64,000 nucleotides of DNA from NCBI GenBank assembly GCA_944358705.1, contig CALVRR010000001.1:40050-104049 (forward strand), written 5' to 3'. The notes under the pieces were generated by a model that had not been told where the DNA came from, ran no database searches, and saw nothing but the letters and a program-made list of their open reading frames with translations. The stretch is from an uncultured Bacilli bacterium. Lineage in GTDB: Bacteria > Bacillota_I > Bacilli_A > RF39 > UBA660. A program made the position numbers and the translations under genes. The stretch's first letter is position 1, and the number at the start of each line of letters is the position of its first letter. Shown piece after piece: positions 37,510-45,449 of the stretch.

Positions 37510-38046
37510 ATGGGAGATCGTGATTGGTCGGATGATATCTATTTATTGCTTACTTCGATTGGTCATTATTTAAAAAATGGTATTCCAACGGATAAGCGTT
37601 CGATTCCTTTTACAGAACTGGATTTTTATTCTATTTCTAATTCTTCTCCTAGGGATTTATATCATTATTTACGAAATATGTCATCTCGAGAGAAGGTTCC
37701 TTATTATAAAGATTTATTGAAATATTTAAAACAATTTCCTGAACCTGTTACTTCTAGAATTGTTGACCGCCAATATTATAAAGGTCGTCCTTTATTATTG
37801 GTTGTTCGAGGAGGGGTTACTGTTCCTGTAAGATTTGATGATTTTGATCGAGTTTTTTCTATTTTAGAAGAAAAAAATATTCCAACTACTAAGAGTAATG
37901 TTATGACAGCTGTCACCAGACAAGCTTTACAGGAAGATATTTTTCCTATTTTAGGGTTAGAAAATAGTGATAAAAAAGTAGAAAAAGCTCCAGTTTTTGG
38001 TAATCCATATGTAAAAAAGATAAATAATGTTAGAAAAAGTGTTTGA
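37510..38046 (+). CDS. Hypothetical protein
   Basis: 178-aa open frame with RBS AAAGGGGA. No family recognised. Confidence 0.5.
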   Translation: MGDRDWSDDIYLLLTSIGHYLKNGIPTDKRSIPFTELDFYSISNSSPRDLYHYLRNMSSREKVPYYKDLLKYLKQFPEPVTSRIVDRQYYKGRPLLLVVRGGVTVPVRFDDFDRVFSILEEKNIPTTKSNVMTAVTRQALQEDIFPILGLENSDKKVEKAPVFGNPYVKKINNVRKSV

Positions 38047-38061
38047 TTTTAAAAAAAACTT

Positions 38062-38089
38062 TTGCTTTTTCTTTATTTTCTGATATAAT
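38062..38089 (+). promoter_or_regulatory. Promoter (TTGCTT, 16-nt spacer, TGaTATAAT) for rpmG
   Basis: Extended -10 TGATATAAT at 38081-38089. Confidence 0.5.
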
Positions 38090-38117
38090 ACCTATAGGCG
38101 TGTAAGGAGGGATAAAA

Positions 38118-38282
38118 ATGGCTAAAGAAGGAAAAAGACAAATGAAGACTCTTGTTTGTACTGAGTGTAAAAGAGAAAACTATAGAGTACCTAGAAATGT
38201 ACAAAATACTACGGAACGTCTTGAAATTAGTAAGTATTGTCCAAATTGTAGAAAACATACTACACATAAGGAAAAGAAATAA
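38118..38282 (+). CDS. rpmG: 50S ribosomal protein L33
   Basis: [54 protein letters not shown]: 54 aa with the CxxC...CxxC zinc ribbon typical of L33. RBS TAAGGAGGG. Below the ORF-track length cutoff. Confidence 0.9.
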   Translation: MAKEGKRQMKTLVCTECKRENYRVPRNVQNTTERLEISKYCPNCRKHTTHKEKK

Positions 38283-38329
38283 AATAAGTTTATTACTTAT
38301 TTTTAATTTTATATAGGGAGTTGAGTTTA

Positions 38330-38887
38330 ATGATTAGTACAAATGATTTAAAGAACGGTATTACTATTGAGGTTGAAGGTGCCATTTATGTGGTTATGGA
38401 TACTCAACATGTAAAACCTGGAAAAGGTGCTGCTATTGTAAAAGCAAAACTTAAAAATTTAAGAACGGGTGCTATTATTGAAAAAACATTTAATGCAGGA
38501 ATAAAAGTTGCTACTGCTCATATTGATAAGCAATTAATGCAATATTTATATACGATGAGTGATGTTTATTATTTCATGAATATGGATACTTATGAGCAAT
38601 TAGAATTATCTAAAGATATTGTTTCTGATAATGCTAAATTCCTTAAAGAAAACTTAGAAGTATATATTACTATGTTTGAAGGGGAAGTATTAGGTATTGA
38701 TTTACCTGATAAAGTAGAACTTACTGTTACTCGTACTGAAGCAGCTGTAAAAGGTAATACTACTAATAATGCATTAAAAGATGCAGAAGTGGAAACTGGT
38801 TATACCGTACGTGTTCCTTTATTTATTGAAGAAGGAGAAAAAATTATTATATCTACTAGTGATGGTAAATATGTATCAAGAGCGTAA
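38330..38887 (+). CDS. efp: Translation elongation factor P
   Basis: MISTNDLKNGITIEVEG, VKPGKGAAIVKAKLKNLRTG and C-terminal VRVPLFIEEGEKI. Confidence 0.95.
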   Translation: MISTNDLKNGITIEVEGAIYVVMDTQHVKPGKGAAIVKAKLKNLRTGAIIEKTFNAGIKVATAHIDKQLMQYLYTMSDVYYFMNMDTYEQLELSKDIVSDNAKFLKENLEVYITMFEGEVLGIDLPDKVELTVTRTEAAVKGNTTNNALKDAEVETGYTVRVPLFIEEGEKIIISTSDGKYVSRA

Positions 38888-38914
38888 GCTCTTTTTTTTA
38901 TGAAAAAAAGAAGA

Positions 38915-39811
38915 TTATTCTTCTTCGATTTCTTTTAATAAATTTAAAAAGGTAAGAGATGCTTTTTTTAATTGTTTTTGTTTTAAATAAGTGGCTCCAA
39001 TTTGTCTTGGTGGGATAGTTGGAGTTGTTTTTATTTCAAAAAGCGTTTGTTCTTTTAAATCTTTTTTTAAAAATTCCTTGGTTGCATAGCCAATTCCTAA
39101 TCCTATTTTGGTAAATGCGGTTACTAAGGAATGACTCGCTAATTCCATTTCCGGAGATAACATGATATTGTTTTTTTCACAGAAGTCGTCTAAAAATATT
39201 CTTGTATTTGATCCTTTTGCTATTAGTATTAATGGATAGTTATTCATTTCTTTTAAAGGTATTGTTTTTCCTTTTAATTCTTTCCAATCTTTGCTTGCGA
39301 TAAAGCAGTCGTTAACTTCTTTTAGTTTTGTTTCTTTAAAATCTGAAGGTAATTGATAGGGTAGATTTAAAATAATAAAATCGATTAGTCCATTTCTTGC
39401 CTGGGTAATTAATTCAAAGGTAGGACTTGTAGAGATTTTTATTTTTATTCTTGGGTATTGTTCATGAAATTTTTTTATATATGGAAGAAGATATTTTCTT
39501 GTTAGAGTGTTACTTACTCCAATTGATAAAGTTCCATAGTCTAGGTTTAGTGTTTCTTGAAGAGTTTCTTCGGCATGTTCTATCATTTCTATTGCTGGTT
39601 TTATATTTTTATAAAAAGTTTCTCCTTCTTCTGTTAGACTAACTCCATATTTGTTTCTGATGAATAGAGTACATCCTACTTGGTCTTCTAATGTTTTTAT
39701 TGATTTACTTACGGCTGGTTGACTAATCATTAACTCATGAGCTGCTTTTGTAATGTTTTTGTTTTTTGCAACGCTATAAAAAGTTTTATATAATTCATAA
39801 TTTACATTCAT
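38915..39811 (-). CDS. LysR family transcriptional regulator
   Basis: N-terminal HTH FYSVAKNKNITKAAHELMISQPAVSKSIKTLEDQVG plus a LysR substrate-binding domain. Divergent from the operon that starts at 39935. Confidence 0.9.
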   Translation of the reverse strand: MNVNYELYKTFYSVAKNKNITKAAHELMISQPAVSKSIKTLEDQVGCTLFIRNKYGVSLTEEGETFYKNIKPAIEMIEHAEETLQETLNLDYGTLSIGVSNTLTRKYLLPYIKKFHEQYPRIKIKISTSPTFELITQARNGLIDFIILNLPYQLPSDFKETKLKEVNDCFIASKDWKELKGKTIPLKEMNNYPLILIAKGSNTRIFLDDFCEKNNIMLSPEMELASHSLVTAFTKIGLGIGYATKEFLKKDLKEQTLFEIKTTPTIPPRQIGATYLKQKQLKKASLTFLNLLKEIEEE

Positions 39812-39934
39812 ATGTTTTGCCCCCCTCAGTTATAACAATTTGTTATTTCTGGTATGAATAAAAAGTATTTTTATTATATTACAAACCCTTTTATAATACA
39901 AGTTGTTAGATGTGAAAGAAGAAAGGAGAGTTTT

Positions 39935-40777
39935 ATGGCATCTTTTGTTATTCACCATATTTCTGGTGAAGCGTTCTTAAATGAACTAGAAAAAGAGGGG
40001 GTAGTGTTATCAGATACAGAAAAAAAACAATTTTTACTAGGAAACTTAATTGTTGATTCTTCTAGAATAAGAAAACAACTTCCAGAAAACTTAAGTCTGG
40101 AAGAACAAAGAGCTTTTAAGAAGAAGTTAAGAGATGAAGTGCAAGAAGAAAAGAAAAGTACTCATTTTCGAGATGAAGATGATTATAAACTTTGTATTCA
40201 GGCACCTAATCTTTCTTCTTTTATCGAGAAGTATCAAGATCTTATTACAAAGGATTATACTGCTCTTGGTTATTTATATCATTTGTATGTAGATAAAATG
40301 TTTTTTAATGATTTGTTTCGTGATACTTTTGTCTGTTTAGATAAGGATGGAAATGAGACAAAATATATTGCAGATTTAGTTTCTATGCAAGTGAAAAAGA
40401 GTGGAGAAGTTTCTCCGGTAGAAGATTTTTGGAGTCATGACAGTAGTGTTAGTATTTATCATGATTATACAGTTATGAATAAGTTATTGTTAGAAAAATA
40501 TGGTACTTGTTTTGATGCGGAAAAATTATTAGAAAATCATGATACTACTTTTGTTAATCCTGGTATTTATGAAGTGGATTATCAGAATGTTACTAGTGTA
40601 GTTTCCAAAACAGCCGCTTATATTGGAGAATCTTATCAGGTTGAAGATAATTCCTTGTATGTTTTTGATCAAAGTAAAGTCGAAAGTTTTATTGAACAAG
40701 TAGCGAAAGGGTTTCTTTCTTCCTATCCAGAAGCTGTACCTAGTAAATTGGATGTAAAGGAGAATAGAAAATGTTAG
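39935..40777 (+). CDS. Hypothetical protein, possibly zinc-dependent phospholipase C-like (PF00882-like) metal hydrolase
   Basis: ATG at 39935 follows AAAGGAGAG. The pattern FVIHHI..., FLLGNLIVDS, KSTHFRDEDD, LGYLYHLYVDKMFF resembles Firmicute Zn_dep_PLPC family proteins as I remember them. Overlaps the next gene by 7 nt. Confidence 0.4.
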   Translation: MASFVIHHISGEAFLNELEKEGVVLSDTEKKQFLLGNLIVDSSRIRKQLPENLSLEEQRAFKKKLRDEVQEEKKSTHFRDEDDYKLCIQAPNLSSFIEKYQDLITKDYTALGYLYHLYVDKMFFNDLFRDTFVCLDKDGNETKYIADLVSMQVKKSGEVSPVEDFWSHDSSVSIYHDYTVMNKLLLEKYGTCFDAEKLLENHDTTFVNPGIYEVDYQNVTSVVSKTAAYIGESYQVEDNSLYVFDQSKVESFIEQVAKGFLSSYPEAVPSKLDVKENRKC

Positions 40778-41367
40778 AGATATTTTCTGCTTGTTGTGGT
40801 CTTATACAGAGTATTTTAATTTTGTTTAAGAGAAAAGAAAATTGGATTTTTTATTTGCTTAATATCCTTACTTTAACAATATTTTCTTTTACTGCTAAAT
40901 TATATGGAGATGTGATTGAAAATTTAGTTTATGTTGTTTTTGGATTTTTAGGGTTATTTACTTGGTATTCTGTTTCTGTTTCTAAAAAAATATTTGGAAA
41001 TGAAAATAACATTCGATACGCCAATTGGAAAGAACGAATATTTTATGTTTTTATGTTTTTATCTATTAGTGTAGGAATGTATTTCTTTTTGAAATCTACG
41101 GATGATCCATTTCCATTTTTGGATGCAATTACTACAGGAATGAGTTTTACTGCGACCTTGATGATGGCCTTTAAGAGAGTAGATTCTTGGGTAGTTTGGT
41201 TTGTGGATGATATATTAATGGCTTATGTTTATTTTTCTTTACCAGAGAAAGCAATTTATTTAATGGCTTTAAATATTATCTGGGTAATACTAGCGGTTGG
41301 TACTTTTTGGACTTGGCATAAAGAAGCAATAGGAAATGGGGATAGAAATGAAAGAAAAAAAGTTTAA
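40771..41367 (+). CDS. pnuC: PnuC family (nicotinamide riboside/nucleoside-type) transporter
   Basis: 198 aa, about 6-7 TM segments. ENWIFYLLNILTLTIF, LYGDVIENLVYVVFGFLGLFTW and WVVWFVDDILMAYVYF match the PnuC pattern. Substrate unknown. Confidence 0.65.
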   Translation: MLEIFSACCGLIQSILILFKRKENWIFYLLNILTLTIFSFTAKLYGDVIENLVYVVFGFLGLFTWYSVSVSKKIFGNENNIRYANWKERIFYVFMFLSISVGMYFFLKSTDDPFPFLDAITTGMSFTATLMMAFKRVDSWVVWFVDDILMAYVYFSLPEKAIYLMALNIIWVILAVGTFWTWHKEAIGNGDRNERKKV

Positions 41368-42706
41368 AGAATTGGAAATTATTTTAAGTGACTTTTCTTG
41401 TGACAAGAATTGTCCGTATTGTACTGCTAAAATTACTAAGTGGGAAGTGGTTCAAGATGATATTCATATGCTTAGTTTGTATGTTGGTCAATTAAAAGAG
41501 CTTGGGTATCAGTTTCATTATGTGACACTTGGTGGTAATGGAGAACCGACAAAACATTCTATTAAAAAATTAAGAGAGATTGTAGAGTTGTTTGATGATT
41601 ATGATATTCCGGTAAAGAGAGTATTAACTTCTGGCAATGTCTTTCGTGAAGAAGAAAGAGAAAAGTATGATCTTTTTACTTCTTATGGTTGGATATTTGA
41701 AGTTACTACGACTTCGATTGATAATGATTTGGATAGGAAAGTTTTGGGATACGATCATAATTATTTTCAAAGTGATGCATTTTCTAAGGCTAGGATTCGC
41801 TTAAATTATGTTTTGTTGAAAAGTAATTTTTCTTCGATGATTGATGAAGTACGGGAGTTTTTTAAGAGGTATCCTAATATTGAAACACTGGCTATTAAAT
41901 TGCTTAATGTGAATACCAAAACAGGTCTTGTGGATAATCCTCGTTCTTCTTGGATAGTAGAAAATGCTATTGCGAAAGAACAAAGAGAAGAAGTGAAGAA
42001 GCTTTTGGATCAGAACTTTACTTATTTAGGAGAAGCGTATGACACTTTTTCTTGGAAGACGGAAGATGGTCATGAAGTTTATTTTTCCTGGAAAAAGATG
42101 AATTATGGTTTTTCTGATTTGGTTTATTATGGTAATCGATTTGTGAATTATCAATTAGAAGAGGTTAGTCTTCCTTTTCTGCCTAAAATTTATTTTGCTT
42201 GTCAATTTCATAAGGAAATGTTAGATGATAAGTGCTTTACTTTGAAAAATGATTTTCGGGCGAAATTGATAGGGAAGGAAGAGGATTTTACTAATTTTAA
42301 TAATCATAGTTTTATTAAGAGTAGTGATGGGAAATTGTTGTATCAATATCTAGGACCATTTTATAATGAGAAGGCTAGTGATGGAGAACTTACTTCTACG
42401 GTATGTTGTGAGGTTGTCCAAACGGAGAATGATTTGATTGATAAATGTGATATTTTTATGGCTTATTTTGATTCTAAATTAAGTCCTGGTAGTATTACGG
42501 AACTTACCTATGCGTCTTTACAAAAGAAGAAAATCGTTATTTTTTATCAAGTGGAGGATAATATTTCTTATGAACTTAAGTCGTCTAATTGGTATCCTAT
42601 TGTATCGGCAAGACTTGTTGCTGGTAGTGAAAATGTAGTAGAGATTCCTGTTCGTGGGACGGATGAAGTTTGTGATTATTTTCGAAAGGGAAAGAAGTTA
42701 TGGTAG
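41348..42706 (+). CDS. Fusion protein: N-terminal radical SAM domain plus C-terminal nucleoside 2-deoxyribosyltransferase-like (SLOG/NDT-type Rossmannoid) domain
   Basis: CDKNCPYC (CX3CX2C; Cys18, Cys22, Cys25) and the LGGNGEP SAM-binding motif. C-terminal KIYFACQF ... DLIDKCDIFMAYFDSKLSPGSITELTYASLQKKKIVIFY resembles the NDT/Rcl pattern with the conserved Glu. Overlaps pnuC by 20 nt. Confidence 0.65.
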   Translation: MKEKKFKELEIILSDFSCDKNCPYCTAKITKWEVVQDDIHMLSLYVGQLKELGYQFHYVTLGGNGEPTKHSIKKLREIVELFDDYDIPVKRVLTSGNVFREEEREKYDLFTSYGWIFEVTTTSIDNDLDRKVLGYDHNYFQSDAFSKARIRLNYVLLKSNFSSMIDEVREFFKRYPNIETLAIKLLNVNTKTGLVDNPRSSWIVENAIAKEQREEVKKLLDQNFTYLGEAYDTFSWKTEDGHEVYFSWKKMNYGFSDLVYYGNRFVNYQLEEVSLPFLPKIYFACQFHKEMLDDKCFTLKNDFRAKLIGKEEDFTNFNNHSFIKSSDGKLLYQYLGPFYNEKASDGELTSTVCCEVVQTENDLIDKCDIFMAYFDSKLSPGSITELTYASLQKKKIVIFYQVEDNISYELKSSNWYPIVSARLVAGSENVVEIPVRGTDEVCDYFRKGKKLW

Positions 42707-43590
42707 TTTTAAGACTTGGAAAGATTAATAATGAAGAGCGAAAATTTATTCCTACTAGATTAGATATTTTAGAAGAATATTTGCAAGGTATGGAAGAAAT
42801 TGAAGAATATGAGTTGACGCAAACTTATCGTGATGGCTATAAATATCGTAGATATTGTGATCATGGGAATATGAAATATACTAGAAATCTTAAAATGGGT
42901 AAAGTTACCGATGTTGTAGAAATTGGTGAAGAGGAGTTTTTAGAAGTTTTGAAGGATACGAAAAAAAGTATTCGTAAGATTCGTAAATATTATCAAGATG
43001 GCGATTATGAAATTGATGTTGATTATTTTATGGAACCAGTTTCTATGATTATGGTTGAAGTGGCTAGTTTGGGTGCTCCTTTAGCTGATTATCAAGCACC
43101 GAAAGGATTTGTTGATGTTACTGGTAATAAAATATATGAAAATAGTAGTATTTATCAAGGAAGTATCTTGTCTAGTTCTACTATTATTGAAGGGACGGAT
43201 GCGGTAGGAAAAAGTACTACGGTTGATAGACTACTTTCTATGGGAATTCTTTGTAGAGAACGTTCTATGGATATGTTTTCTAAGTATATGGAGTTTACGG
43301 TACCTTTAGAAGAGAGGGTAGAACATTATTACGAATATTTAAAAAATCATGAGGAAAAAGTTATTTTTTTAGTAAATCATGATAAGATGGAATTGGAACG
43401 TAGAGTTTCTTTAAGAGATGTTATTAGTGAATTTGATAAAAAAGCATATGAATACAATCAACTTTATTTTGAAACTTATCAATATATGATGGAACATGAT
43501 ATGTTAGAAGGAAAGTTGTTTTTGGTCGATTGTACAAATTTAACATTCGAAGAACAAGTAGAGAAAGTAAAAAATATTATTATAAATTAG
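42700..43590 (+). CDS. Fusion protein: N-terminal CYTH-like domain plus C-terminal P-loop nucleoside/nucleotide kinase-like domain
   Basis: NNEERKFIP (ExExK-like; the first Glu position reads Asn) and IDVDYF...IMVEVAS are CYTH hallmarks. Walker A IIEGTDAVGKSTTV resembles thymidylate kinase or ribosylnicotinamide kinase. The ATG overlaps the upstream stop (ATGGTAG). Confidence 0.55.
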   Translation: MVVLRLGKINNEERKFIPTRLDILEEYLQGMEEIEEYELTQTYRDGYKYRRYCDHGNMKYTRNLKMGKVTDVVEIGEEEFLEVLKDTKKSIRKIRKYYQDGDYEIDVDYFMEPVSMIMVEVASLGAPLADYQAPKGFVDVTGNKIYENSSIYQGSILSSSTIIEGTDAVGKSTTVDRLLSMGILCRERSMDMFSKYMEFTVPLEERVEHYYEYLKNHEEKVIFLVNHDKMELERRVSLRDVISEFDKKAYEYNQLYFETYQYMMEHDMLEGKLFLVDCTNLTFEEQVEKVKNIIIN

Positions 43591-43591
43591 G

Positions 43592-44203
43592 ATGGTTTTT
43601 ATGATTTTTGCAACAAATAATAAAGGGAAATTAAAAGAAATTAGGGAGATATTTTCGGATTATGAAATACTATCTCTTTCCGATGTTGATCTTTCTATTG
43701 ATGTTTTAGAAGATCAGGATAGTTTTTTAGGAAATGCTACTAAAAAAGCGAAAGAGGTTTATTCTATTACTAATCAAGCATCTTTTGCGGATGACTCTGG
43801 TCTATGTCTTGATGCTTTTGATGGATGGCCTGGTGTTATGACTCATCGTTTTTTAGGAGAAGATGCTACGGATGAAGAGAGAAATCTAGCGATTATAGAA
43901 AAATGTAATGAGGTATCTAATCGTGATGCTTCTGTTGTTTGTCAATTGGTTTATTATGATTCTTTAGGAACTCCTATTGTTGGTACTGGAGTTTTAAAAG
44001 GTAAGATTGCTTCTTCTCCTCGTGGAGAAAATGGTTTTGGATTTGATCCTATTTTTGAACTTCCTAATGGGAAGACATTGGCAGAATTAACTGCAGAGGA
44101 GAAGAATCAATGTAGTGCTAGAAGTCTTGCAGCAATAGATTTAAAACAGAAGTTAGATACGCTTTTTCTTAACGATGGTGTAAGTGAAGTTCGTCATAAA
44201 TAA
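43592..44203 (+). CDS. rdgB: RdgB/Ham1 family non-canonical purine NTP pyrophosphatase
   Basis: FATNNKGKLKEI, NATKKAKEV, ADDSGLCLDAFDGWPGV, GFGFDPIF, CSARSLA. Starts 1 nt after the upstream stop. Confidence 0.88.
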   Translation: MVFMIFATNNKGKLKEIREIFSDYEILSLSDVDLSIDVLEDQDSFLGNATKKAKEVYSITNQASFADDSGLCLDAFDGWPGVMTHRFLGEDATDEERNLAIIEKCNEVSNRDASVVCQLVYYDSLGTPIVGTGVLKGKIASSPRGENGFGFDPIFELPNGKTLAELTAEEKNQCSARSLAAIDLKQKLDTLFLNDGVSEVRHK

Positions 44204-44261
44204 AAGTTTCTTGTATCTTTGGTTTAAATCCATTATAATATTTTACTAACAGGTGAAGAAT

Positions 44262-45356
44262 ATGGATTTTGAACATTACCACAAGATACTACCTTTATAT
44301 TGTACGGTTTGTGATATGATCCAACAACATCCGGATGGTATTACTGATTATGAATTAAAATCTTTATTACAGACGAAGGGATTTTCGTTTGATGATGAAG
44401 ATTTTTTTGGCGTTATTTCGATGTTACTTATCTCTGATGGGTGTATACAAAGGGATGATTATTGGAGCCGTGGTGCCGTTTATTCTTATATTAAAAATCC
44501 ACATTTACATGATTCTGCTTACTCTAGACATCATTATTCTTTTACGGTTGATGATAATGTTTCTGACAAGTGTTTTGTTGTTTTGGCCGATACCCATGTG
44601 GGACATCCAGAGTTTGAGGATTTTCGTATGTTAGATGGTATTTATTCTTTTGCGATTGGTGATGGAGCAGATAAATGTTTTCATATGGGGGACTTGTTTA
44701 CTGGAAAAATGGGAGATTGTTTTTCTAAAGAGGAGATGTTAGATCAACTCAATTCTTTTATTTCTTCTTATCCGAAGCCATATCCCTGGGAGATGCGTAC
44801 TTATGTTAATGTTGGAAATCATGATGAGTATCTTCACGGTTTTTTTCATCCAGATGTCAAAAAGGAAGAGCAACCATATCTTTATGATTTGAGAGGATTA
44901 AATACTTATCATCCAGACTTTTTTGTTATTCCTAGGGAAAGATTTCGAACTAAGTTTTCCAATATCGATATGCATTTTGGACATCGTTTGTATGTTAGTG
45001 GAATTCGTCCAGAAGTAAAATTATTTGCTCTTCAAGATATGAATGAAGAAGAGCGATGGTTGGATGAGCGATATGATGTTTTATGGTCTGGACATTTACA
45101 TAATGGATTTATTTATACTACGGATGTTCCCTGGGGAGATAGAAAGCAAATTCTTTTTTTAGGAGTTCCTTCTACTAGTAAATATAATTTAGGAGGCGTT
45201 GTTGCTTATCTTGCTCATTTACATTATGAAAATCAACGTGTTTCTACTATGGATGTCGATTTTTTGAAATGTGATAATAATTACCATATTACGAAGGAAG
45301 AAGGAGTTCACTGGGATTTTTCTGGAAATAATAAGGTTATTAAAAAATTATTATAG
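44262..45356 (+). CDS. Calcineurin-like metallophosphoesterase with an N-terminal extension of about 95 aa
   Basis: VVLADTHVGH, HMGDLF, NVGNHDE and SGHLHNG motifs. ATG at 44262 follows AGGTGA. Confidence 0.8.
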   Translation: MDFEHYHKILPLYCTVCDMIQQHPDGITDYELKSLLQTKGFSFDDEDFFGVISMLLISDGCIQRDDYWSRGAVYSYIKNPHLHDSAYSRHHYSFTVDDNVSDKCFVVLADTHVGHPEFEDFRMLDGIYSFAIGDGADKCFHMGDLFTGKMGDCFSKEEMLDQLNSFISSYPKPYPWEMRTYVNVGNHDEYLHGFFHPDVKKEEQPYLYDLRGLNTYHPDFFVIPRERFRTKFSNIDMHFGHRLYVSGIRPEVKLFALQDMNEEERWLDERYDVLWSGHLHNGFIYTTDVPWGDRKQILFLGVPSTSKYNLGGVVAYLAHLHYENQRVSTMDVDFLKCDNNYHITKEEGVHWDFSGNNKVIKKLL

Positions 45357-45449
45357 TTTTCTTTACTGTTAAATTTTTGTTTTGGTGTTTAGTATTTTTG
45401 TTATTTGTAGTATAATGTGATTGTGAATAGAATATAAGGAGTAATATAT

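Noticed and set aside
38073-38267. 64-aa minus-strand ORF in the ORF track.
   Set aside because: It is antisense to a clear rpmG (L33) gene that has a strong RBS and promoter.
41348-42706. Calling the radical SAM enzyme a prokaryotic viperin (pVip).
   Set aside because: Only the generic CX3CX2C and GGxGEP motifs can be seen, and I cannot verify viperin-specific residues by eye. The C-terminal NDT-like fusion is not a viperin feature. The analogy is kept only as a hypothesis in the operon finding.
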